Shown here in pieces: positions 10,198-19,970 of a stretch of DNA of 64,000 nucleotides (positions are counted from its first letter, which is position 1; each line of letters opens with the position of its first letter). The DNA comes from an uncultured Candidatus Saccharibacteria bacterium. GTDB taxonomy: Bacteria; Patescibacteriota; Minisyncoccia; Minisyncoccales; CSSED10-335. The translations under genes and the position numbers were made by a program. The notes beneath the pieces were generated by a model. That model was not told where the DNA came from. It made no database searches and worked only from the letters and a program-made list of their open reading frames with translations. Where the stretch lies: NCBI GenBank assembly GCA_964586065.1, contig CAZPFW010000001.1, forward strand, positions 195,614-259,613, read 5' to 3'.

Positions 10198-11861
10198 TAT
10201 TGAACAATTCCCATTTCACTACTAATTGAACTATCATCGGGAAGCGTTGTGTCTATTCCTCTATATCCGCTATAAATCATTGATCCGGTCCAAAGATCTT
10301 TAGCGGAGAGAGTTGCCTCGGAGATCAATTCAACGCTGTCGTCTTTTTGATCCGGTTGAGGGTCAAAAACTATTTGAAAATAGATTTCTGAAGTCTCTCC
10401 CGCCAATAATCTTCCGATATCCCAAATAACTTCTCTACTTCCTGAATCAAAAGAGAGATAATCTCCTTTGGGAGAGACTTCTCCACTGAGACGCACTCCG
10501 GGAGCCAAAACGGCTCTCACTTTTGAATTTTCAAGTTCATTATGAAGGTTGTTAACTCTCCATAATACCGTGTAACTGGTGGATGATCCCACTGACGGAG
10601 GTTGGGAACCGTAGTTATCAAACGGACCTGTGGAAAAATAACCTTTTTGAGTAAAAGACACCCTGCTGTTTATCTTGGTGGTAACTCGCTCTTTAACATT
10701 ACTTAATGATATCTCCGCCCTGATAGCCGGGTTAGTTCCCTCTACCCTGTCTTTCACTTTTGCCCAAAAACTTACTCTTCCCTCCTCCATCGTCGGAAGG
10801 AATCGGAGGCCAGAAACCTCGTTTGAATCCCATAATATCGTTCCTGAATTTTTCTGAAAATTTCCTTTATCAACTTGAACGGTATCAAAGTCTATGACGC
10901 TCTCGTCCAATTTCACCGTCAAAAAGAGATTTTCGAGAAGATCGTCTCCGGTATTCATAAATGTTATCTCATAATGAAGATATTCCCCTGTACTTGCGGA
11001 ATAGTTAGATCTTTCATTAACCCGAGATGTGATAGATATCGGTGGTGTTGCCAACTCAATTCCTCTCACGGATTTTTTAAGCGGGATGAACTTTTCGTCT
11101 TGCCAAAATCCCAAGATCGCCTCAAATGTTTTGGCTTGCATTGAGCTGTCTTTTATAATTCCCGAAACTTCAATCCTACCTCCCTGCCCTCTGTTAAGAA
11201 CCCCAACCTCCCACTCACTCTCGTCAAATGACGGGCTGGGTCTACTTTTAACATATTTGAATTCTTTCGGGTAAGCAACTCTTACTCTGAGATTAGTCAA
11301 AGGATATTCCATTCGAGAAAAGTAGTTTATATCAAACGAGAACTCCGATCCCGGTTCCACTCTTGATGGAAGATTTATCTCAAATGTAAGAGGAACACCT
11401 GACACTTTAAGAGTGTGACTCGTTTCTGATTCATATCTTACGTTAAGATTTCTTGGTTTATACTCAAGTCTTGCCGTCGCTTGAATCGTTGCATTATCTA
11501 TACCGAAAACGACCGCCCGAAACTCCCTTGATCTCTCTTCCCCTGGCTGAATATCTTCCAAGCTCATCTCAATTTTCCTGTCACTTCTTACTATAACATC
11601 ATCAGCATCCTCCCAATCGTCAATCATTATTGATGCTTCGGGATATTCAAACGTTAGTTTGGGCTCTTCCAATCTTGTGTTGCCGTTATTTTTATAACGA
11701 ACCGTATATATCGTCTCTTCACCGGCCTCCATCTCTGACGGGGCCAAAATCTCAAGCTTTAAAACTTCTTTGGAGTAAGAATTTCTAAACCAAACCCATG
11801 CTCCGACAAGGAGAAGGATAACCAAGATGGCTAAAGCTATCTTTATCGCTTTTTTATTCAT
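10197..11861 (-). CDS. Large TM-anchored extracellular protein, beta-rich repeats (hypothetical)
   Basis: N-terminal helix ALAILVILLLVGAWVW. Repeated ~100-aa segments resemble DUF11/CARDB-type beta sandwiches (e.g. GEETIYTVRYKNNGNT), a weak assignment. Confidence 0.45.
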   Translation of the reverse strand: MNKKAIKIALAILVILLLVGAWVWFRNSYSKEVLKLEILAPSEMEAGEETIYTVRYKNNGNTRLEEPKLTFEYPEASIMIDDWEDADDVIVRSDRKIEMSLEDIQPGEERSREFRAVVFGIDNATIQATARLEYKPRNLNVRYESETSHTLKVSGVPLTFEINLPSRVEPGSEFSFDINYFSRMEYPLTNLRVRVAYPKEFKYVKSRPSPSFDESEWEVGVLNRGQGGRIEVSGIIKDSSMQAKTFEAILGFWQDEKFIPLKKSVRGIELATPPISITSRVNERSNYSASTGEYLHYEITFMNTGDDLLENLFLTVKLDESVIDFDTVQVDKGNFQKNSGTILWDSNEVSGLRFLPTMEEGRVSFWAKVKDRVEGTNPAIRAEISLSNVKERVTTKINSRVSFTQKGYFSTGPFDNYGSQPPSVGSSTSYTVLWRVNNLHNELENSKVRAVLAPGVRLSGEVSPKGDYLSFDSGSREVIWDIGRLLAGETSEIYFQIVFDPQPDQKDDSVELISEATLSAKDLWTGSMIYSGYRGIDTTLPDDSSISSEMGIVQ

Positions 11862-11936
11862 ATCGTTTCAAATGATTTTAGATGCTGACACCCCATTATA
11901 TCCTTAACAAAATAAAATTTCAATCGAAGATCTTTA

Positions 11937-12623
11937 TCAACTCTCAATTGAGAAAAGATAATTTTGAGACATACTCCAAAGCATTCTTTTATCATCTGAA
12001 TTAATTTTTATCAGATCTCCGTTGAGATAACTCAGCATCATCTTCAAAGCTCTTTTTTCAATCAAGAAAGAGGCGGACTCCGAACTGCATTTTTCACAAA
12101 CCAAACCACCGTCAGAAGGAGAGAGTCTTAAATCTTTTAAATCTATCTTGTTATGACAACGAGAGCATTGATGAAGTTCGGGGCCATATCCTAAAACGGT
12201 AACAAGGTTCCAAAAGAAACGATAATAAGCGGACAACCCCCTGCTCGATTCTATGTCGGAAAAAACCTTAACCAGAAGCTCCCAAACTTTTTCATCTTTC
12301 TCTTCTCCTTTGATTAATCGATCCAAATCATCGACGATTTTTTGAGCCAATGTGATCTTCTTGAGATTACCGTTTATCTCTCGGTATCTGTTAATAACTC
12401 GAATATCGGTCAATGTTCTTCTTGATCTTCCTTCTATAAACTCTATCTCTGATAATGAAAAAGGCTCCGATCCGGATTTTAACTTGGAAGACTCTTTTCT
12501 TATGCTTTTAGCGAATAAGGATATCTTTCCGAATTCCTCGGTGTAAATTGTAAAAATTCTATCAGACTCTCCTTGATTGTACTTTTTAAGAACGATTCCT
12601 CCGCTTCTGTACTTTGAAAACAT
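11937..12623 (-). CDS. recO: DNA repair protein RecO
   Basis: N-terminal OB-fold-like GIVLKKYNQGESDRIFTIYTEEFGKISLFAKSIRK and a C-terminal CxxC..CxxC zinc motif (CSRCHNK..CEKC). Confidence 0.8.
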   Translation of the reverse strand: MFSKYRSGGIVLKKYNQGESDRIFTIYTEEFGKISLFAKSIRKESSKLKSGSEPFSLSEIEFIEGRSRRTLTDIRVINRYREINGNLKKITLAQKIVDDLDRLIKGEEKDEKVWELLVKVFSDIESSRGLSAYYRFFWNLVTVLGYGPELHQCSRCHNKIDLKDLRLSPSDGGLVCEKCSSESASFLIEKRALKMMLSYLNGDLIKINSDDKRMLWSMSQNYLFSIES

Positions 12624-12624
12624 A

Positions 12625-15489
12625 CTACTTCACTTTCTCTATGGAGATTAAAGCTTTCTCTGATTTAAATTCGATCTGATTTGAATCTTTTTCGTCAAGA
12701 GCCTTAACGAAATCAACCCCGAGAGCGCCTGATTCAAACAGAAAGAAGTCTTGCCATTCTTTTACAAGAGTCTCTATCCTCTCCGTCCCCGATATTTGAA
12801 CTCTTATCTTATCTTTTTTAGTCAATTTAGCCGTCTTTCTCGAATCTTGAACTCTCCTAATTAATTCTCTCATAAAGCCTTCTTCCATTAATTTATCGGT
12901 CAAATTAGTATCAAGTAAAATATTATCAGCTATCTCGGAACTGACCTCAACCCTTTTAACATTGACCTCGTCTTTAATTAACTCAATTAAAATATCGTTC
13001 TTTTTTAAGATGCCCTTCTTGATTTGAAGCAGAGATAAAGGTTGTCTGACTTTCATTCCAGCCTTGCTTCTTTGAGCCAAAGCCAAGCTGTTTACCATTC
13101 TAACAGCGTCCATTCTCTTCTCTAAGAGAGAATCTATCTTTGAGTTATCCGGTTTAGGATAGTCACATAGATGAATTGATTCTTCGCTCTTGTCGTTGTT
13201 TAACTTTATCAATTGCAAATAGATATGTTCTGCTATAAAAGGTGTAAACGGCGCCATCATCTTTGATATGTCCATTAACGCTCTGAAAAGAGTTTGTGAG
13301 GCTTCTTCTTTCTCTTTCTGATTATTGGGTTTTTGAAATTTCCTCCTGGATCTTCTGATATACCAGTTGGAAAGATCGTCAACGAGTAATTCAAACGGAC
13401 GAGTCGCTTTAGTCAATTCATAATTATCCATCTGCTCCACAACTTCTTTGTTTGTGGCGTTTATCCTTGAAAGAATCCATCTGTTCAGCTCATCTGAAAC
13501 TTTAAATCTCTTTTTCGGTATGAAATTCGGTTCCAAGTGAGTTTCAAAAAAGATGTAGCTATTCAAGAGTGTTGATATAATCTTTCTCCATACATCTTCA
13601 ACTCCCTTGGCGGAAAAGAGATAATCTTCTCCAATCGGAGTTGACGAGAGAAGAAAATATCTTAAAGAATCCGCTCCGTAACGATCAAAAACTTCGTTTG
13701 TCTCAGGATAATTCTTCAACTTCTTACTTAGCTTTCTGCCCTCAGAGTCTAAAATCAATCCATTCACAATGGCATTTTTGAAAGCCGGCTTGTTTTTCCC
13801 GAGATTACCGCCTTCCAATGTCAGTGCTGTCGCCAAAACGTGTAAGGTATAAAACCAACCCCTTGTCTGATCAAGCCCTTCGGCTATGAAATCTGCGGGA
13901 AATCTTTCTTCCACTGTCTTTTTGTTCTTGAACGGATAATGGTAACTGGCGTACGGCATTGAGCCGGATTCAAACCAACAATCAAACACTTCTTCTATCC
14001 TTGTCATCTTCCCTCCACATTGACATGTTAATTTCACCTTATCGATATATGGACGATGCAGGTCTTTCAGTTTTTTGGGAAGTTTTTTAACGCTGTCGAT
14101 ACACATAGTTTCACCGCATTTTTCACATCGCCAAATCGGAATGGGAGCACCCCAAAACCTATTTCTTGAAAAAGACCAATCTTTAGCGCCTTTGAGCCAT
14201 TTACCAAATCTTCCTTCTTTGATGTGTGCCGGGACCCATCTTATCTTCTTGTTGTTTGAAACGAGTTCCTTCTTCAATTGAGACACTTTGATATACCAAG
14301 TCTTAAGCGCGTAATAAAGAAGCGGGGTGTCACATCGCCAACAGAAAGGATAGTTATGTTCTTCTTTCTTAACACTGTATATCAATCCTCTCTCTTTTAA
14401 GTCGGCTATGATATCATTTTCGGCATCCTTGACAAATCGTCCCGAGAACTCACCGGTATCTTTTACAAAAACTCCCGACTGATCTACGGTATGTACCATG
14501 GGAAGATTGAATCTTTTCCCCAATTTGAAATCATCTTCTCCATACATAACTGCGGTATGAACTATTCCGGTTCCTTCATCCATTGAGACAAATGATCCGG
14601 GTAAAATTTTAAAGACGTACTTACTCTCTTTCGCTTCTTTCTCCAAGAACGGATAAAGCGATTCATATTCCGTTCCGATTAAATCTTTGCCACTGATCTC
14701 TTTTATGATCTTGTGATCCCCAATCACCGACAACCTATCTTTGGCTAATATTAAAAGTTCTTTATCTTTTTCAATTTGAACATATTTTGAGTTTGGATTT
14801 ACAGCCAATGCAACATTTCCCGGAAGAGTCCATGGTGTTGTGGTCCAAACTAAAAAGAACGAGTCATCATTTTTTACTTTAAATTTCAGATAGACTGAAT
14901 TATCCTTAACATCTTTATATCCTTGATTGACCTCAAAGTTGGAAACCGGTGTACCGCACCTCGGACAATAAGGAGTAACTTTGTATTCCTCATAGACCAA
15001 ACCCGCCCTCCATAGTTTTGAAAAGACCCACCAAACAGACTCTATGTAATCATTCTCCAGGGTAGCGTATGAATCTTTATAATCGGCCCATCTCCCGACT
15101 CTTTTGAGGACGACTTCAAAATCTTTGACTCCCCTAAAAACCACACTTCGACAAGCCTTATTGAACTTCTCAATTCCCATTGATTCAATATCTCTCTTGC
15201 TCTTTATTCCGAGTTCTTTTTCTATCAGATTCTCAATCGGTAATCCGTGACAATCCCATCCGACTCTTCGCGGAACTTGATATCCTTTCATTGTCCAATA
15301 TCTAAGGACCGAATCTTTTATCGTAGTTGCCAACACATGTCCATAATGAGGCTTCCCTGTCGCAAAGGGTGGTCCGTCATAGAAACTGAAGACAGGAGAA
15401 TTTTTTCTTTTCTTAATTGATTTCTCGAATATCTTATTCTTCTCCCAGAAAGCAAGAATCTTTTCCTCTATTTTTGCAGAATTATTCAT
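12625..15489 (-). CDS. ileS: Isoleucyl-tRNA synthetase
   Basis: PPFATGKPHYGHVL (HIGH), KLSKKLKN (KMSKS-like), WCISRQRxWG-type motif WSFSRNRFWGAPIP, 954 aa. Confidence 0.95.
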   Translation of the reverse strand: MNNSAKIEEKILAFWEKNKIFEKSIKKRKNSPVFSFYDGPPFATGKPHYGHVLATTIKDSVLRYWTMKGYQVPRRVGWDCHGLPIENLIEKELGIKSKRDIESMGIEKFNKACRSVVFRGVKDFEVVLKRVGRWADYKDSYATLENDYIESVWWVFSKLWRAGLVYEEYKVTPYCPRCGTPVSNFEVNQGYKDVKDNSVYLKFKVKNDDSFFLVWTTTPWTLPGNVALAVNPNSKYVQIEKDKELLILAKDRLSVIGDHKIIKEISGKDLIGTEYESLYPFLEKEAKESKYVFKILPGSFVSMDEGTGIVHTAVMYGEDDFKLGKRFNLPMVHTVDQSGVFVKDTGEFSGRFVKDAENDIIADLKERGLIYSVKKEEHNYPFCWRCDTPLLYYALKTWYIKVSQLKKELVSNNKKIRWVPAHIKEGRFGKWLKGAKDWSFSRNRFWGAPIPIWRCEKCGETMCIDSVKKLPKKLKDLHRPYIDKVKLTCQCGGKMTRIEEVFDCWFESGSMPYASYHYPFKNKKTVEERFPADFIAEGLDQTRGWFYTLHVLATALTLEGGNLGKNKPAFKNAIVNGLILDSEGRKLSKKLKNYPETNEVFDRYGADSLRYFLLSSTPIGEDYLFSAKGVEDVWRKIISTLLNSYIFFETHLEPNFIPKKRFKVSDELNRWILSRINATNKEVVEQMDNYELTKATRPFELLVDDLSNWYIRRSRRKFQKPNNQKEKEEASQTLFRALMDISKMMAPFTPFIAEHIYLQLIKLNNDKSEESIHLCDYPKPDNSKIDSLLEKRMDAVRMVNSLALAQRSKAGMKVRQPLSLLQIKKGILKKNDILIELIKDEVNVKRVEVSSEIADNILLDTNLTDKLMEEGFMRELIRRVQDSRKTAKLTKKDKIRVQISGTERIETLVKEWQDFFLFESGALGVDFVKALDEKDSNQIEFKSEKALISIEKVK

Positions 15490-15495
15490 TGTTTT

Positions 15496-16086
15496 TTAGT
15501 TTAGTTTTCTCAATTCTCCGGGTTGTATATAATTCAACTTAATTCCGTCTTCGGATAAATCTTTTTCTTTAAGACGCTTGACCCAGCCCTCCAACAACCA
15601 GAGAGGTTCTCCGTGACTAATAATCAATATATTTTCTCCTTGATGTTTTTCCTCAAGCTCACTGACAAATGAACTCATTCTTTCACTGGCCTCATAAAGA
15701 GACTCTCCGCCTTTCGGTTTTTGTGAAAAATCATCAAAGAAATTTGGAAAATCGGAATAAAATTCTTTTTTTGGCTTTTCATGATAAATTCCCAAATTAA
15801 TGTCTCTTAATCTTGATGAAAATATCAGTCTTTCATCTTTTAGCCCTATCTCGCGAGCAACAATCTTCGCCGTCTCTTTAGTTCTGCGAAAGTCTGATGC
15901 GTATATCAAACTGATTGATAATCTCTTTATCTTTTTTGCCGTTTTAAGGACACAATCTTTTCCTTCCTTGGTTAGACCCGCTTTTGTAAGGCTCCCTTCT
16001 CGAGGATAAACATAATTCTTCCTGGTCGTCTGATAGCAGGTCGGACCATGCCTCATTATATAAAAATTATTATTATTCAGCCTCAT
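15496..16086 (-). CDS. Histidine phosphatase (phosphoglycerate mutase-like) family protein
   Basis: YIMRHGPT (RHG catalytic motif) and ISHGEPL near the C-terminus. Confidence 0.75.
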   Translation of the reverse strand: MRLNNNNFYIMRHGPTCYQTTRKNYVYPREGSLTKAGLTKEGKDCVLKTAKKIKRLSISLIYASDFRRTKETAKIVAREIGLKDERLIFSSRLRDINLGIYHEKPKKEFYSDFPNFFDDFSQKPKGGESLYEASERMSSFVSELEEKHQGENILIISHGEPLWLLEGWVKRLKEKDLSEDGIKLNYIQPGELRKLN

Positions 16087-17784
16087 CTACATCTTGGAAG
16101 GAGCTTCTATTCCTAAGAGATTAAGCCCGTTCTTTATTACTTGATTTACAGCTTTTGTTATCGCAACTCTCTGATTTTCTTTATCCGAACCGATTATTCT
16201 GTCTTTACCATACATCAAATTGTAATCTTGAGACAGTTCAAAGAGAAAGTTACATATTAAGTTTGGGGAAAAGCTTTTTCCAGCTTCATCTACTATGTAA
16301 GGAAAAAGCCTCACTTTCTTTAAGATTCGTTCTTCTCTGTCGTTTATCTCATTGAAATTAAAATCGGTTTCCATATTGTCAATTTTGCTAATCACGGCTT
16401 CTGTTCTGGTAAATGTATATTGAATATAGGGAGCTGAATTTCCTTTGAGATTCAACATCTTATCCCAATCAAAAAGAATGTCTCGTGAATAATGTTGGGA
16501 AAGATCATTGTATTTTACCGCGCCCACACCAACAATTTCAGCTATCTTTGATCTCTCACTCTCTGTAAGGTCGGATGATGTCGCAGAAGAGTCTATTATC
16601 TTTCGCGCTCGCTCTATGGTCTCATTGAGAATCTCTTCTAAATGTATCGTTTCACCTTTTCTGGTTGAAAATTTACCATGTTTCCATCTTACCAACCCAT
16701 GAGCCACGTGAACTAACTTCGCGTGTGTCCAATCCAAGGTCTTCATTACTTCAAAAAGTTGTTTAAAATAGAGAGATTGATCAGAGCCAACCTCATAAAC
16801 TATCAAATCGGGATTCCATCTTTGGACTCTATACTTTATCGTTGCCAAATCTCTGGCAAAATAGGTTGTAGTTCCATCAGATTTTACAAGTATCAACGGC
16901 GGTAAATTATCGTCATTAAATTCAACTATGAGAGCGCCTCTGCTCTTCTTGGCCACTTTTTTGTCTTTTAATTCATCAATTATTTCTTGAGTCTTGTCTC
17001 TGTAAAAACTCTCTCCTAAAGCGACATCTATCTCTACTCCGAGGATTTGATAGATTCTGTCAAACTCTTTAATGCTGATATCAACACAAGCTTTCCATAT
17101 CTTTTTTGCCTCTTCATCACCTAATTCTAACTTCTTAAACCATTCTCTTCCCAAATCTTCAATCTCCGGATTATCATTAAGTTCGCGATGAAAAGATACA
17201 TAGAGCTTTTCCAAGTCACCTATACTCAAATTATCGATCTTATCTGCAAGCTGACTCTTTTTGATCTGGTATATTAATTTTCCAAACTGTGTTCCCCAAT
17301 CACCCAAATGATTATCCCCAATACATTCCCAGCCAAGAAATTTGTATATATTATATATTGATTGCCCAATTATTGTTGAGCGTAAGTGCCCCACACCAAA
17401 GGATTTTGCTATATTCGGGGAAGAATAGTCAATCACAAGAATCTGTCCTTTACCAGACTTGTTAGACCCATAAGATTCTTTCTTATCCATTATCTCAACA
17501 AGCTGAGATTTGAGATATTTTTTTGAAAGAAAAAAATTAATGAACCCCGGAGTCACGACTTCAATTTTCTCAATCCTGCTGTCTTCGGCTTGTGATATCT
17601 TGTGAGTGATTTTTTGAGCAACCTCGATCGGACTTTGACCCGTTTCTTTAGCAATTTTCAGAGAGATTCCCGAGCAATAATCACCATGTTCTTGATTTTT
17701 AGACAGAGAGACATCAACAAAAAAGTCTCCCAAAGAGAACTCTTCGGCTGCATTCTTTATCATCTTTTCTATCTCTTTTTGCAT
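16087..17784 (-). CDS. argS: Arginyl-tRNA synthetase
   Basis: SSPNIAKSFGVGHLRS (HIGH-type) and typical C-terminal anticodon-binding region. I prefer the start at MQKEIEKM (17784) to the ORF-track start at 17829. Confidence 0.92.
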   Translation of the reverse strand: MQKEIEKMIKNAAEEFSLGDFFVDVSLSKNQEHGDYCSGISLKIAKETGQSPIEVAQKITHKISQAEDSRIEKIEVVTPGFINFFLSKKYLKSQLVEIMDKKESYGSNKSGKGQILVIDYSSPNIAKSFGVGHLRSTIIGQSIYNIYKFLGWECIGDNHLGDWGTQFGKLIYQIKKSQLADKIDNLSIGDLEKLYVSFHRELNDNPEIEDLGREWFKKLELGDEEAKKIWKACVDISIKEFDRIYQILGVEIDVALGESFYRDKTQEIIDELKDKKVAKKSRGALIVEFNDDNLPPLILVKSDGTTTYFARDLATIKYRVQRWNPDLIVYEVGSDQSLYFKQLFEVMKTLDWTHAKLVHVAHGLVRWKHGKFSTRKGETIHLEEILNETIERARKIIDSSATSSDLTESERSKIAEIVGVGAVKYNDLSQHYSRDILFDWDKMLNLKGNSAPYIQYTFTRTEAVISKIDNMETDFNFNEINDREERILKKVRLFPYIVDEAGKSFSPNLICNFLFELSQDYNLMYGKDRIIGSDKENQRVAITKAVNQVIKNGLNLLGIEAPSKM

Positions 17785-18020
17785 CTTGGTTAATAAAGAT
17801 GTTTTACTACAGAACAAGACTGTCGTCAATTTGATTCTGTTGTTGACCGACTCTGTTTTAAGCCTTATAATACCTTAAAAAATGAACTCGATTAGGAAAA
17901 AAAAGATTATCTGACTCTACAAATCTCTCTTTATGTATCTTAACATCTCTTTCTCAAATCAATAAATGATAAATTTCCTTAAAGAATCTGTAAAAAATAT
18001 TATTACCATCTACCATATTC

Positions 18021-18458
18021 ATGATTATAGCTGATAATAAGAAGGCTTTGTTTGAGTACAAAATCATTGATAAGTTTGAAGCTGGAATCGTCTTAACCGG
18101 GCAAGAGGTCAAGTCTGTCAGGTCGGGAAATATCAATCTCAAAGGCTCTTATATCTCTTCGAGGAATGGTGAATTTTATCTTATAGGAGCGCATATCCCC
18201 CCTTATCAAGTTCATAGCAATACGATCCACCACCCCGAAAGACCCAGAAAATTACTTTTAAACAGAAAAGAGATCGTTCAATTAATCAGAGCTTTAAAGG
18301 AAAAAGGCTTGACTTTAATACCTTTAAAAGTATATAGTAGAGGAGGTTTTATCAAAATCGAGATCGGTCTTGTCAAGGGGAAAAAGCGCTTTGACAAACG
18401 CGAAACGATTAAAAAAAGAGATATTGACAGAAACCTTCAAAGATCTTTAAAGCATTAA
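18021..18458 (+). CDS. smpB: SsrA-binding protein SmpB
   Basis: NKKALFEYKIIDKFEAGIVLTGQEVKSVR.. and a basic C-terminal tail, 145 aa. Confidence 0.92.
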   Translation: MIIADNKKALFEYKIIDKFEAGIVLTGQEVKSVRSGNINLKGSYISSRNGEFYLIGAHIPPYQVHSNTIHHPERPRKLLLNRKEIVQLIRALKEKGLTLIPLKVYSRGGFIKIEIGLVKGKKRFDKRETIKKRDIDRNLQRSLKH

Positions 18459-18819
18459 GGGGATGCCCAGGATTCGATAGAGATGTGGGTTAGTTGGTGC
18501 GAACCGAGTATTCTTGAATCTCGTTAAACTTCAAGAAATCTAAAATAAGTGCCAACTTATTCAACAAAGAAGCTGCGTTAGCATACGCATAACGCCATCC
18601 ATTCTTCTGACTTCCGATAAGAAGATTCGGGTGTTATAAAATCGGAATAGGTGTTTCGGATTTTTGATCTTTTAAGAAGCATCAAATCGGAAAAGATCAA
18701 GGTTGTAAGGGTTTTGCTCAATTTTATACCTTGCAACTTTTTAAAAATTGAGCTATGTTCGTAGATCTGATTAATACAACATTCTCTAGACGCGGGTTCA
18801 ATTCCCGCCATCTCCACCA
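18459..18819 (+). ncRNA. ssrA: tmRNA (transfer-messenger RNA)
   Basis: Starts GGGGATG directly after the smpB stop and ends GGTTCAATTCCCGCCATCTCCACCA (T-arm plus acceptor plus CCA). Tag ORF at 18551-18592 is GCC AAC TTA TTC AAC AAA GAA GCT GCG TTA GCA TAC GCA TAA = ANLFNKEAALAYA*, preceded by AAAAUAAGU as in other tmRNAs. Confidence 0.9.
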
Positions 18820-18846
18820 ATTTTAAATTCAAGAAAAATAAAAAAG

Positions 18847-19365
18847 ATTCCTGTAAACAATCAAATAAAATCACCCGAAGTCAGAGTCGTCGGGGGTGAT
18901 GGAGCACAGGTAGGAGTTTTCCCGATAGCCGAAGCGATAAAGATGGCTAAAGATCAAGGACTTGATTTAGTTCAGATAACTGAAAAAGCGGTGCCTCCAG
19001 TTTGCAAGATTACCGATTACGGTAAACACCTTTATTGGGAGAAGAAGAAGGAGAAAGAGAAAAAATCCAAAGTGACGCATAGTGAGATGAAAGGAGTTCG
19101 TCTCAAATTCGGAATGTCTCCTCATGATATGGAGTTTAGAGCCAAGTCCGCCATTAAATTTTTAGAGAAAGGTCACAAAGTAAAGATTGAGCTTATCTTG
19201 AGAGGAAGACAGAAAGCTGATAATTTAACGGAGTTTGCAAAAGAGAGAGTTAATTTGTTTCTCAAAATGATTCAAGAAGAAGTTCCGTTAAAGATTGAAA
19301 AAGATATTAAGAAAGAGGGTCGTGGCCTAACGATGATAATAACAAGATCTGAAGAAAAACAATGA
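18847..19365 (+). CDS. infC: Translation initiation factor IF-3 with a non-AUG start (exact start uncertain: ATT 18847 or ATA 18838)
   Basis: IF-3 homology (..NNQIKSPEVRVVGGDGAQVGVFPIAEAIKMAKDQGLDLVQI..) extends ~30 codons upstream of the first ATG (18943) in an open frame. No ATG/GTG/TTG is available, only ATT/ATA codons. Confidence 0.85.
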   Translation: MPVNNQIKSPEVRVVGGDGAQVGVFPIAEAIKMAKDQGLDLVQITEKAVPPVCKITDYGKHLYWEKKKEKEKKSKVTHSEMKGVRLKFGMSPHDMEFRAKSAIKFLEKGHKVKIELILRGRQKADNLTEFAKERVNLFLKMIQEEVPLKIEKDIKKEGRGLTMIITRSEEKQ

Positions 19366-19547
19366 AAAAAACAAGAAAATCTATCACTAAGAGATTTAAA
19401 ATAACCAGAACCGGAAAGGTTATGAGAAGGGCTGTAGGCATAAATCACTATCTTAGCAAGAATACCGGTAAAAAAACTAGACAAAACAGAAGATGGATAG
19501 AATTGTCTCCAGCTGATTCAAAAAAAATTAAGTCATTGCTCAAATAG
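19362..19547 (+). CDS. rpmI: 50S ribosomal protein L35
   Basis: MKKTRKSITKRFKITRTGKVMRR.. 61 aa; ATGA overlap with the infC stop. Confidence 0.9.
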   Translation: MKKTRKSITKRFKITRTGKVMRRAVGINHYLSKNTGKKTRQNRRWIELSPADSKKIKSLLK

Positions 19548-19561
19548 GATAAAATAAGATT

Positions 19562-19909
19562 ATGGCTAGAATAAAATCGGGAACGGCAACTATAAAAAAG
19601 AGAAAAAAGATACTTCAACATACCAAAGGTTTTCGTTGGGGAAGAAAATCAAAATTCAGATCCGCAAAAGAAGCGCTTCTTCATTCATGGAGTTACTCTT
19701 TCAGAGACAGAAAAGTCAGAAAAAGAGATTTTAGAAGAATGTGGCAAATAAAGATAAATGCAGCAACAAGAAATGAAGGAGTCTCTTATAGTGACTTTAT
19801 CCACTTACTCAAGAAGAAAGAAGTTGGATTGAACAGAAAAATGTTAGCTGAAATTGCCGAGAATCATCCTGATATATTTAAAGAAGTAGTTTCATTTGTT
19901 AAAGAATAA
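19562..19909 (+). CDS. rplT: 50S ribosomal protein L20
   Basis: MARIKSGTATIKKRKKILQHTKGFRWGR..; canonical infC-rpmI-rplT order. Confidence 0.92.
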   Translation: MARIKSGTATIKKRKKILQHTKGFRWGRKSKFRSAKEALLHSWSYSFRDRKVRKRDFRRMWQIKINAATRNEGVSYSDFIHLLKKKEVGLNRKMLAEIAENHPDIFKEVVSFVKE

Positions 19910-19944
19910 GAGATCCTTTTTAAGAAAGAATCTCTTAATTTGAG

Positions 19945-19970
19945 GAAGACTTGAAAAAGTCTTCTTTTTT
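19945..19970 (+). terminator. Rho-independent terminator after rplT
   Basis: GAAGACTT-GAAA-AAGTCTTC (8-bp stem, GNRA loop) followed by T6. Confidence 0.65.

Noticed and set aside
18578-18874. 98-aa minus-strand ORF from the ORF track
   Set aside because: It lies entirely antisense to the tmRNA gene (18459-18819), has no SD or homology, and its composition looks like translated RNA-gene sequence.
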